33,899 nucleotides of DNA, from NCBI RefSeq assembly GCF_018977255.1, contig NW_024705575.1:1-33899 (forward strand), in the 5' to 3' direction. The translations under genes and the position numbers were made by a program. Each line of letters opens with the position of its first letter. The first letter of the stretch is position 1. This DNA comes from Callorhinchus milii (taxonomy: Eukaryota). Below, in pieces: positions 11,053-21,938 of the stretch. The notes beneath the pieces are model-generated. The model searched no databases. It worked only from the letters and a program-made list of their open reading frames with translations, and was not told where the DNA came from.

Positions 11053-12464
11053 ACAGAATTGGCCAGCACGGCATTTAATGGCCATGGAACGATTCCTCCC
11101 CCCCCCCTCGTCATTCGTAATTTAATACATTGTCATTATTTGTGGCCATTCTATTCAAGATCAATGTTTTTATTAACATTGTGTGAATGTAACACCACTT
11201 GAAACAATTGAAGTGCATATCAGAATTGAGAATAATCGATTCTCGCACACACGATTCGATGCATGCATTGTGTGAGTGTGAGATCAGTTTTAATCTGAAT
11301 TGTTGCATGTTACATGCCAGGCCTTTTATCACATAGGGTGGTACATTCCCATTGAGTTTGAGATGTTAACTCCTCCTGAAGAAAGTTGTCATTTGCTTTT
11401 GTTAATACAGCCACTGCTGTACAGTATCACGTGGATAATGGAACGGTAAGTGGCATAGCATCCTGACCCCCCATGCCGTTGTTGACTTTTTGATCAGAAT
11501 CTGTGGATGTGCCAATTTTTAGGTGGAGTGCAGATAACGTTACAAGTCCATCATTAGCTCTTGTACGTAAACGCCCACTGACACTTATACAATTACTCCC
11601 TTTGATTTGGCTGGTTTTTTTACCTTTAAAAGCTGTACTTGCATGAATTATACTTGGCTCGTACGTTTACATATATAATACGTGTTTTCTTTTCATTTAT
11701 TTTCAATGGTATGTGTGTGGTGGAAGGGTGGTTTTTTATGTTGGTGGTGTTTACATGCATTTTCAGGTTGCACGTTGTGGCACACTTTCTGTTAAATTCA
11801 GCATGGTGGTGTTATCCGAACGAATATAAATCACTAAAACATTTGTTACACTTGTATTGTTGTTTAGCAAGTTTAATGTGTGAAGTTTTATAACATTACA
11901 AATCCTTTCACGTGATTCATTTGTGCTAAGCAAGAGTTTTTTTTTATTCACCACTCTGCATGCTATCGCCATCATTTTGGATTTAAATCTAGAAAAGCCG
12001 CACGCAAAGCTGTAAATTGTGAAATTTGACTGGTGATTTTGTAACATGCCATCACACCACGAATTGGCAAACTAGATTTAAGAGTGAAAAGACTACATTA
12101 CTCACACACATCTCCTAATTATAAAACTAAACATAATTATTACAGTATCATTCATGCTAATTGTATTATCACATTAAGGGCTGTATCCTATTTGTAGCAC
12201 TTATTAAGTAAATTAAAACCCTCAGAAAATAAAAATGAAAAACAAATCAAGAGGTCGTCTAAACACAAATGGTTTACACAACAAAAAAGTTATTGCAACA
12301 GCGGTATCGAAAATTGTCTTTGCTCCTTGCACCAGCAAGATAAATGGGTCCACTAAGTAATTAAGTGGTTATGAAGACCCCAAGTTGAATAATGTATTTT
12401 TTAAATAATATATTTGAGTAGCATAATTTACAGCCCCTTTATCAATCCACTGCTTACCTTAACA

Positions 12465-12748
12465 TTTTTATTTTACCAGGTAAGGCCCACTAAGCTATAC
12501 AACTCTTTCAGAAGCGACCTGGCCACAAATGATAGCTCAACGAAGTGGCTTATTTGGAAATTTATAGCAACCTAACACTCTAAACGCACGTTACTGAATG
12601 TGGAGGGAAAACCGGAGGACCTGGATAAAAATCCACGTGACCGTGTGGAGAACATGCAAACTCTAAATATACAGGCATCAGGGTTTGGAGTCAAACCCAC
12701 AGCCTCCTGTATTCCAGGCGAGGTAGTTAACATCTCCCCACCATGGCT
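12465..12748 (-). mobile_element. tRNA-derived SINE, V-SINE-like, with L2-type tail
   Basis: Central ggagggaaaaccggag...ggagaacatgcaaactc resembles the V-domain in reverse; degenerate pol III B box (gggtttgactcc on the - strand) near 12685-12698; tail shared with three fragments. Confidence 0.7.
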
Positions 12749-14518
12749 GAATGGAGTCTTCTCCATGCCATGTACTCGTGGTAGTTGTTTTACCACGCAT
12801 TATTACGCAGGTCAGTGTGGGTTGGTGAAGTTCCAAGGGTTCAGATATGATCTGCCACAGATCTTAATCATTGCTGGAAATCTAACTTGGGTCTCACATG
12901 CATCATGCAGTGCACGAACCACTGCCACCATTCTGCCTGAATTAATTAGCATGAATATAGCCAGTTGAAAATTGCCCATACTGTATTTGTTCGTCTTTTC
13001 ATAAAACTGTACTTTAAATCCAAAGTGAAGGTGAATGGGTTCTTGAGACATTTTCTTATAACGAATGTCAATGTCACTCATTAAAATCCTGTGTTTTAAT
13101 GGCAATTGTCGTTTTTAAAAAGTACATTCATCATTGTCATGTAACGTAGACAATGCTATTTATGTGGTATTTTGATGAAATTATGCTGCTGGTGCATATA
13201 ATAAAATACTTTATCACGAACTCTATTGTGTTTTTTGCACACGTTATGTAGAACTTAGGAATATGACAATTTCCGAGCATGTGCACAATGTTATAAGACA
13301 GGGGTCCTCAAACTTTTTAAACAGGGGGCCAGTTCACTGTCCCTCAGACCGTTGGAGGGCCGGACTATAGTTTAAAAAAACTATGAACAAATTCCTATGC
13401 ACACTGCATATATCTTATTTTGAAGTAAAGAATCAAAACGGGAACAAATACAATATTTAAAATGAAGAACAAGTAAAGTTAAATCAACGAACTTGCCAGT
13501 ATTTCAATGGGAACTATGGGCCTGCTTTTGGCTAATGAGATGGTCAATGTCCGGTTCCATATTTGTCACTGCTAGTCGTAACAAGTGATGCAAGTGTGCA
13601 TCCGTTAGTCTAGATCTGGTTGGAGATTTCAAATGTTTCATTCTGGAAAAAGTCTGTTCACAGACATAAGTGCTGCCAAAGATGGTTGCCATTTTGAGTG
13701 CATGGTTCCTGAGAGGAGGATATGTCTCAGAGGGGAGAGATGCATATAAATTATGAAGGCTGCTTGACTTGAATGCGTCTTTCAGAGAGTCACAATTCTG
13801 CAGTTCAGCCAGTTCCATTTGGTAAATTGTATCCACATTTTCAATGTCAATAGAAAATGGGTTACGGAAAAGCTGTATGTCCTGTTCATGGAGATGAAGC
13901 TCTTTAAATCCAAATTGGAACTCCTAATTTTACTTCAAATGCTTTGAAATCTGATTGCATATCACAGATGAGCTTCCCCTTTCCTTGAAGTTGCACATTG
14001 AAACTGTTGAGTAGCTCTGTTACATCTGTCAGAAAGGCAAGATGCCATTTCCATTCTGCATCATTGAGCTCTGGTACTTCTTTGTTTTTTTAAAGCAGAA
14101 AAGCTGTAATCTGTGGAAGTAAGTCATAGAAACGTTTCAAAACTCTCCCTCGACTCAGCCAACGGACTTCTGTGTGATACAGAACATCTTCATATTCAAC
14201 ATTTAGCTCAGACAGAAATTCCTTAAATTGTCTGTGGTTTAGTGCATGAGCTCTAATGAAGTTAACACAAGATACCACAAATTTCATAACAGAGTCCCAC
14301 TTCAGTGATTTACTACACAGCGCTCGTTGGTGGATGAGGCAGTGTATGGCTATTGGATGAGAATGGTTATGTTTGTCCATCTCTTGGTTAATGCGAGCAA
14401 TTACTCCTTTCTTAGACCCCACCGTGCTAGGAGCACCATCAGTTGTCACACTGGCTAGTTTAGCCCAGTTCAGCTCCAAACCATTCAGTTTGGCAAACCT
14501 TTTCATAGATATCCTCTC

Positions 14519-14857
14519 TTCTTGGTTCTTTCGGTAAAGTCACGTAGAAGGGAAGTAATAAAATAATAAAAATAAAACATAATAAAATAATTCTCACGAC
14601 GTTTCGGCCACAACGCAAGCAGCCGTCCTCAGATGAAAACCAGGTCTGTCGGGGAGACAGCGTCTGAATGAAACAGCACACGAGCTTGGAGCATATATAT
14701 AAGCTGGGTTGGAAACGGGGGAAAGAGCGCCTTGTCAAAAGAATTTGCATATCAAGAGGAATTTAGCATATTTATGGGAAATGCAGGATGTTATTAGTAC
14801 TACATATGCCCGTGCTGCATATGTTGTACTAATAACATTCCTGCATTTCCCATAAAT
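14519..14857 (-). mobile_element. Penelope-like family A copy nested in the transposase
   Basis: Matches copies at 1298 and 19350; contains a hammerhead and ends in a ~41-bp-stem hairpin (about 14769-14858). Confidence 0.8.
14591..14639 (-). ncRNA. Minimal hammerhead ribozyme motif
   Basis: - strand: ttcat-CTGAGGA-c-GGCTGC-ttgcgtt-GTGGCC-GAAAC-GTC-gtgag. Confidence 0.75.
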
Positions 14858-15340
14858 ACACTATATTCTGGCATATCAGACACACAGCTCTTTCCTTGTA
14901 CTGCATGAAAAAGTAATCATAAGTCCACTGTTCTTTGAATATCCTACACTCCGAGTCACTTTTTCTCTTTCTTGACATCATTGTTTCCTAGGGAGTCAAA
15001 ATTGCTATTAGTAAAATACCAATATATATACAGCGCTACAAAAACAATATACCAGCAATAACTTTGCCCACACAGAGACATACAGACTGCACTGCCCATC
15101 AATGCAGTCTGATTGGGGGGAACTCCGCCCCCTCTCCCTCTTCCACCAATGACCGTCCTTCTCATGCAGAAAAAAAGTAACAGACAGGCAGCGGCGGCAA
15201 AAACACCCGGCGGGCCGGATAAATGTCCTCGGCGGGCCGCATGTGGCCCGCGGGCCGTAGTTTGAGGACCCCTGTTATAAGATATCCAAAGCTAAGTGGA
15301 GTTTACACCATTGGAACCTCCTTTGCCAGTAACAAAATAT

Positions 15341-15665
15341 GATAATTGGTTGTTTACCCTTTTATCTGGCAACAAAACTGACACCTTTTTTTACAAGGTG
15401 TCATGTTTGCATTGACCACAATACCTGCGGTCGGAACGCAAAAAAAACACATCTGACAATGTATGCACTGTCCTTGAAATTGATTGGTCCACACTCGAGA
15501 CAGCTTTTCTTAGAGCCTAGTCTCACATTGTGTTGAACCAGATGACGCCAAAAGGCGCCTTTTGGCGTCATCTGGTCCAACACCGTTGTATTGTGGTCAA
15601 TGCAAACATGACTCCTTGTAAGAAAAGTTGTCAGTTTTGTTGCCAGATAGGGTAAAAAAATTATC
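15341..15665. mobile_element. Foldback made of two inverted copies of a non-autonomous element (family F, possibly Helentron/HINE-like)
   Basis: Long imperfect inverted arms with a perfect 40-bp loopless palindrome at 15537-15576; related copies at 18975, 19249, 23170 and 25680. Confidence 0.7.
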
Positions 15666-15827
15666 CTAAAAGAAGTTCTTGGAAAGTGCTTGAATGGGTG
15701 GCCACCATGCACAAGCAGGTTGTCATAGGGCCTGAAGAGCCATGTATTTGGGAGTAGAGGGCAATGCATCAAAATCCATTACTCAGTACGGCTATGCTCA
15801 TCGTCAACCCGCACTGACCAGCACGGT

Positions 15828-15956
15828 CAGGGGTCTGCAACCTGCGGCTCCGGAGCGGAATTTGGTTCTTTATGGACTACTTTGTGACGTTATTTATTAA
15901 GGACCGTCTCGTATTCACAGTCATTGCGGCTCCGTTATTTTGGTTGCCGAGCCCTG
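15828..15956. mobile_element. Short hAT-type MITE inserted in an old SINE
   Basis: Imperfect TIRs caggggtctgcaacc / ggttgccgagccctg; TSD degenerate. Confidence 0.6.
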
Positions 15957-16341
15957 GGGCGTGGTGGTCAAATAACCCCCACAAAGCATACGGTGTATTG
16001 ACAACATTGGTTGTATAAGCACGAGTACAACGCATAATTATGAGCAGACGGATGCTATGGCGGTGTCTTTACAGCAGACTTTTGGTGGGCATTGGGCTGA
16101 CATGAGGAATGTGGTTACTGTGAATTTATAAAATACTCTCCTTTAATAAGGCAGCCATGGTCACAACGGATTTCCTTGTACCCGTACTTGTTTTGATTAT
16201 AATCAGAATATTTATACTCAAGGAATCGGATGATCCAGAATTATCTTTCACATGTCCAGTAGGGACAGGTCACAACATGACAAACAATAAAAAAACGATA
16301 GTGTAAAGTATATAAGGTAAACAAATCGCTTAAAAACATAA

Positions 16342-16440
16342 CTTTTTTTTTATCTTATCAGGTTAAGCACACAAGTATTAACTTATTTTTCAGAAGCGAC
16401 CTGGCCACAAATAATAGCTCCACAAAGTGGTTTATCAAGT
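16342..16440 (-). repeat. 3' tail fragment of the SINE/L2-type family
   Basis: ttcagaagcgacctggccacaaat shared with 12507-12530. Confidence 0.65.
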
Positions 16441-17134
16441 GAAAATGTAGTCATAATCTCCAAATGATTTGCACGATGCTTTGCTTGCTGGCTTTAATAC
16501 GTGCATCCAGTATTGGAACAGTGTAAATCACAAACTATTTAAATGGTGAACGCCTGCAAATTGTAAATTTTTGGATCGGATGAAAAATCTAATGAAAATA
16601 TTATTAACCGAAAATCCCACTGAGTCTTTCTCAAAGCGAAATGTTTGGATGAATGAAAAGTCACAGTAAAAAAAAATCAAATGCTGTGCAGCTGGGTTCT
16701 ACTTTTAATCAAAAATATGTTTACATGCAATTCTGTTTGAAGACTTGCTATGGTAATTTTGGATCAGAGATCAGGTTTTCATGCTGAAAAATGCGTGATC
16801 AAACGTAAACTATATAAATACTGCCCGAGTAACGATTATGAACATTATCAAAGCGTTATATCCTAATTCTGAACTAAAAATGTAGATTGTCCATGGTAAG
16901 TTGGGTCAAATTAAGCAAGACAGTATGTTGTCTCAAAATTTCAAACGATACTAAAAACATACAGTACAAGCAAATGTTTGGCATCAAGGCGACGAACAAA
17001 AAAAAATATGCTGCAAAGTGTTCTCATTTTTAAATACACAATTCGGGAATTTGATATTTTCATCAGGAATTTAGTGGCATAGTGATGCAGTGAGTGTTTA
17101 ATTGCATTGTGCTATAAACCAGGTTCTCTAAGTT

Positions 17135-17415
17135 AACACATTCCTGCGGAGGTAGGAACGTTGGGTTGCTCGGTCAATGGCCAGGGTCAACGGTGGCGTG
17201 GTGTATTCCGTAAATATGTCCGACTGTGAGGGCGGGCACAAGCCGGCGTGAGTAGGTTAAACGTTGAGTTTTATAAGGGCACCACGGGGTGACCAGCCCC
17301 TCCCCACCCAGCCCCACCCAGCCCCTCCCCACCCTCCCCTCTCCACTCAGCCTCACCCCTCCCATTTTTGGATGCACGACGGACAAAATAATCCCCTGTG
17401 GGCTGGTGTAACCAG
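17135..17415. repeat. Unclassified dispersed repeat, copy 2 (inverted relative to 6903-7224)
   Basis: Reverse-complement similarity over the full length, including the purine/pyrimidine tract. Confidence 0.85.
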
Positions 17416-18974
17416 GAGGTTCCGACCAGTAATACGTGGCCATAACCAACATCACTGAAATGATAATGGGCATACCCCTCCCCTTCACTCACCCACACTG
17501 ACCATTGTGATCAAATACAGGGAAACAACCCCGTGACTGACACGTTGTGTGGAAGGCCTTAATCCAGCAGTGGATTGAAACTGCTGGGCATTTTAAAAAT
17601 AGTTTTTCCCAGACTATTTGATTTTTATAGGATCTCCAAAATATAATGGCATTTTACCCAAGACATATATGGTATAAAAATACTATATCACAAATGGTAC
17701 TGGAATCTTAACATAGAATACCCAAAATATACATTCCATTAATAGATACCCCAACAATTCCGATTGATTTCTTCATTTTATTATCAACAGATTATTGCAT
17801 ATTGTAAAAGTGATGGTTCCTTATTTGCAGAGAAGCATGTTAAAATATTTAATAAGTGTTTTGAGATTGGTGGGAGATATGTAGAGGCTTTAAAATAACA
17901 CGTTTGTTTATTAATAATCTTTCCCTAGTATGGACCATGGATCAAACTGTATGCTGGGATTTTTACACGCGCACCTCAAAATACTATTGGGTACTAATTG
18001 ACAAGTATTCAGAATAAAAATTCAAATTGACCAAATATGCCTAAAATACTATGGGAACTTGCAGAACATAATCATAAATAATTCATCTGGGGATTGCTCA
18101 AGCCCGATCTTCGTTCAATTACGATTGGAATTGTCATGCACCATTACTTTCGATGAGAATGTAGTAATTTCAGTAAACAAAGCTGCTTTCGTTATTATAA
18201 TTGACCCGAGGACTGGCTACAGCTGTACCTGACAACTTTTTTGTGATGTCATTGGTGTGGTTGCAGCAAACTGTTTGTAGACAGACTCACAATGAATATG
18301 GGAGTTGCAGGAAAAATGTAATTGATCATCAATTGAAATACTGTCTGTATTGCTTTGGGAGTTCTTTGTTGTTGTAAGCCCTTGCTTTGTTATGCTTTGT
18401 TGATATTTTGCATATAAAGTTTTTTCAGAAGTGCATGTGTTTGAGCCGGCTGTGAGCTCTGGTTGTGACCTGGCAGTGGAGTAACAGAATTGGGCTTCGC
18501 CTAGTCTCTGTATGAATGTTTAAATTCTTTCGCACCGTACGTAGCCAATCGCGCTAATCGTAGGCGCCTCAACCACACTGTGACTGAGAGACAAGCGACT
18601 GCGTGCAGAGCGTTGGCCAATAGGAGTAGAAATCACAAACAATTCTGTTGTCACAATTGTTTGGTGATTGTTATCCTGAGAGTTGAGTTTGGACGTTGGG
18701 CAGGCTAGGAGCGACTTGAGCTTTATCTCGTCCACTACAATGCTTTTTTTAAAGCGATATTATACTGTCTTATACTATTGGTCAGGTGGCTAGGTTCAGA
18801 TAGAGGTTTCAGCTAGAACGTGATTAAAATGGATTCTCAAGTGTAGAAAGTTGATGGTTTTGCACTAGATTTGGTTAAATTCCAGTTCTCAGAATAAAAA
18901 AAAACATATTGGTTGTATCATGTGACCATCTTTTGGCAGTGTATGGGGAAACCTACACCTCTGTAAATGGATAA

Positions 18975-19348
18975 GCCAATTGGGTCGAGGCTCAAAAGAA
19001 AGCCGTCCCTTGATGTGGACCAATCCGTTTCAAGGACAATGCATATATTATCATAGTATGTGTTTTGTTTGCATTTTGACTGCAAGTATTGTGGTTAATG
19101 CAGACATGAATCCTCGTAAAAAGGTTTCAGTTTTGTTGCCAAAAAAGGGGGAAAAACCCTATTATATTTTATAACTGGCAAAGGAGGTCTAATGATGTAG
19201 ATGCTCACCCCGAGCCCTCTACTTTGATGGTGCGTTGTCTTTGAGCTGTACGCCTTTTGGCGTCTTCTGGTCGAGCACCAATTGGGTCGAGGCTCAAAAG
19301 AAAGCTACCTTGGTGTGGACCAATCAGTTTCAAGGACAATGCATACAT
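18975..19348 (-). repeat. Two partial family F copies (about 18975-19165 and 19249-19348)
   Basis: Shared ccaattgggtcgaggctcaaaagaaagc...tgtggaccaatc; terminal hairpin ACGCC-TTTT-GGCGT at 19250-19263; the second copy is cut by the PLE at 19350. Confidence 0.7.
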
Positions 19349-19349
19349 T

Positions 19350-19700
19350 TTTTGGTTCTTTCGGTAAAGTCACGTAGAAGGGAAGTAATAAAATAATAAA
19401 AATAAAACATAATAAAATAAAATAATTCTCACGACGTTTCGGCTACAACGCAAGCAGCCGTCTTCAGGTGAAGAATGAGACAATGCCAAGCTAGGAGCTT
19501 ATATATAAGCTGCGTTGGAGGTGGAAGAAAGAGCGCCTTAACAAAAGAATGTGCATATGAAGAGGAATTTAGCATATTCATGGAAAATGCGTAGGAGGTG
19601 GGCGGGGGGGTTTCAAAGTCATATTATGCCCATGCATTATGCAGGATCAGCAGCACCAAGGGGGGTGCAGGATTAGCAGTAACAAAGGAAAGGAATGTTA
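19350..19700 (-). mobile_element. Penelope-like family A copy
   Basis: First ~120 bp nearly identical to 14521-14640, with further similarity to about 19590; right boundary approximate. Confidence 0.78.
19426..19475 (-). ncRNA. Minimal hammerhead ribozyme motif
   Basis: - strand: ttcttcac-CTGAAGA-c-GGCTGC-ttgcgtt-GTAGCC-GAAAC-GTC-gtgagaa. Confidence 0.78.
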
Positions 19701-20354
19701 ATGATATGTAGCTGCAGTTACTCAACCACCACGTAGAAAACTAAAGTATAAACTACATAAAAAACTAAAGTATAAATAGCATAGCACCATCAGTATACTT
19801 ACTATACTCTACACTAAGCTGAGTTACTAACAGCAAGTAATACATTACAATTCTACGTCGTAAAAATGTTATAATATGCTTCCATCTAAACTTTATTCTA
19901 TTGCATCACACGAGCATATACCGTACTATATACTGCCAACATTAAATTATATACTGTATTGCTGTAAGCCAACCTATATATTATACATTTAATATAACAC
20001 TATGTATTATTCTACCCACCCTAATGTGTGTCGAAATGGTTTATTACGTCCTTCCAATGATTGCTAAGCCAGAATCCATCTTCTCGGTTAAAATTGTCTC
20101 TGTGTTATGTGGATCGCCTCATGAACGAATCTCTCATGATAGCCAGATGGCTTGCTGGGATTCCAGCAGTGCTATCAGGGGTGACTCCCCTGATAGCACT
20201 GCTGGAATTAGGTGAAAGGCCAAACATTGTTAACATAACCAGAATCAGAATATTTAAAGTTTACGTTACGATCATCAATGCAAAAGCCACAAAATGACGT
20301 CTTTATCAGAAAACGTCATCCTCACTCTATTCGACAGGAGGATTTCTGCACAAA

Positions 20355-21090
20355 TCTGGCTGTCGCCTGATGAAGCAAGTTGTAATTAATTCTAGATTTG
20401 AAGCTTTCGTGACTGCAAGGATTCATACTCTTAGGTTTTTTCGGTAAAGTCACGTAGGTAAAAAAATTGAAATAAAATAGCTGTAATTACTGGGGAAACA
20501 TCGTACTCAGATTGTAAATATTGTCGCTTCCACGCAACACTAAGGCGGTAGCTATCCGAACGGTTAAAGTTATTTTGATTTCTTTCAATTTCGATATATT
20601 CTCTAATTAGTCTTGGCCAGTAGTAGCTAGTTTTGCACAAAACTTCAACATTATAAAAAAATAAATTGAGTGTCCTTGTTGGCACGCGTGTTCTGCTACT
20701 GCTGACAGTTGTATTTGGGAGAATTTAATATTTATCTGATGTTCTTTTAGTCTCGTGCTAATCATTCGTCCTGTTTGCCCAACATTAACTGCACGTGTGG
20801 TAAATGAAATTCGTTACAAGTTCCGTACATCAATCAGTGTGTTCTGGCTATCGCCTGATTAGGCTTGTTGTAATCACCAGCAAAACGTCGTACTCGAATT
20901 GTAAATGTTGTGGTTTAACTCTCCAACACACCGGTGTGCTGAACTAGTAACAATTTGGCATGTTCTGGTTACGTCACACACCTTACTAATTGGTTGTGTA
21001 GGGTGGTGGCGGGTTTAATGACCCATTGAAATATGTATACGATCTAACCCCAAAAAAGCTGTATTATGGATGATATTGGTCGCGAAAGCC
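20355..21090. mobile_element. Composite Penelope-like remnant: family B pLTR pieces flanking an inverted endonuclease fragment, with a nested family A tail
   Basis: 20845-21090 aligns by eye to 10445-10680; hammerhead halves at 20367 and about 20495; family A tail at 20389-20481. Confidence 0.72.
20525..20786 (-). pseudogene. Penelope-type GIY-YIG endonuclease, C-terminal remnant
   Basis: VGQTGRMISTRLKEHQ...SAVAEHACQQGHSIYF (frameshift) NVEVLCKTSYYWPRLIREYIEIERNQNNFNRSDSYRLSVAWK fits the PLE endonuclease pattern YIGxTxR..RxxEH..SAVAEH..GH..RExIEI..NR..LS..W. Confidence 0.85.
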
Positions 21091-21264
21091 AACTTGTTAA
21101 AACACATCAAATATTTCATTCGCCACTCACGAACTCAGCTGCGATAAGCGTGTTGCTGTAAAAGAAGTGCGAACGCCCGAAACGTCGCCTAAAATCTACA
21201 CTTGTCCTCGTAAGACTGTTTCTTGAGTTTTTATTTTAAATATTTAAGCTGCAATCAGTGTATT

Positions 21265-21800
21265 AAATTATGACGTCATTCCACGCGCTAGCAGACATGA
21301 CGTCACTATCCCGGGCCAATGATTTGTGCGCTCTCACCCCTCTCCCCTCCTCCCCCCTCTCCTTCCCTCCCCCCTCGCGCTCTCCCCCCTCTCCCCTTTC
21401 CCCTCCCCCCCGTCGCGTACTCTCCCCACCCTCGCGCTCTCCCCCTTTCCCCTCTCCCCCCTCCTTCCCTCTCCCCCCCTCGCGCTCTCCCCCCTCTCCC
21501 CTTTCCCCCGTCGCGTACTCTCCCCACCCTCGCGCTCTCCCCCCTCTCCCTTCCCTCCCACCTCAAGCACTCTCTCCCCCTCGCGCTCTCCCCCCTCTCC
21601 CCTCGCGCTCTCCCCGCTCTCCCCCCTCTCCCCTCTCCCTTCCCTCCCACCTCGCGCTCTCCCGCGCGCTCGCGCCACGGCTCGACGGACCAATGGGCGA
21701 GCGCGTTACGTCGCCGCGCGCTGTCACCAAGCGCTTGAAGTAGCCAATCAGAGGGCGCGTCTCGGGCAGCCGGCATTGCCGCCAACGGGCTAAGGGAGCG
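21265..21800 (+). promoter_or_regulatory. Probable CpG-island promoter of the NAP1-like gene
   Basis: Two perfect CRE palindromes TGACGTCA (21271-21278, 21298-21305); CCAAT boxes at 21316, 21690 and 21744; CpG-dense; no TATA box seen. Confidence 0.7.
21330..21672. repeat. C/T-rich degenerate minisatellite (CCCTCGCGCTCTCCCCCCTCTCCC-type units)
   Basis: About ten recurrences of tcgcgctctcccc / tcgcgtactctcccc separated by C/T runs. Confidence 0.9.
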
Positions 21801-21938
21801 AGAGGTAACGCGCGTTGCTGCTGCTGTTGGCGGGGTGGGCCGTGAGGGGAAATCTATCGCAATATAATTGTAACAATCGCGACCGACCTTTTGCTGCAAA
21901 ACGTCAACGGGCAGTTGGATTCATTAGTTGACTTTTTG
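21790..21938 (+). other. NAP1L1/NAP1L4: Probable non-coding first exon of the NAP1-like gene (start approximate)
   Basis: Immediately downstream of the CCAAT boxes; TTG|gtaaat donor at 21939; the ATG exon begins with an acceptor, so an upstream UTR exon is required. Confidence 0.5.

Larger units (their letters stand above)
13504..14981 (-). pseudogene. Disrupted hAT transposase (GTF2IRD2/Charlie-like)
   Basis: N-terminus MMSRKRKSDSECRIFKEQWTYDYFF...CLIC at 14981-14860; TTDGAP, HCLIHQ and VRWLSRG in 14506-14090; dimerisation motif FGSTYVCEQTFS...RSRLTD in 13836-13504; frameshifts and a foreign insert. Confidence 0.92.
13299..15274 (-). mobile_element. hAT (Charlie/Buster group) DNA transposon, OposCharlie1 (OC1)-like, internally deleted
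   Basis: Perfect 16-bp TIRs CAGGGGTCCTCAAACT; perfect 8-bp TSD TTATAAGA (13291-13298, 15275-15282); transposase remnants inside. Confidence 0.93.

Noticed and set aside
21270..21899. Several 119-197 aa Pro/Ser- or Gly/Arg-rich ORFs
   Set aside because: Translation by-products of a stop-free low-complexity repeat in all frames; no recognisable domain.
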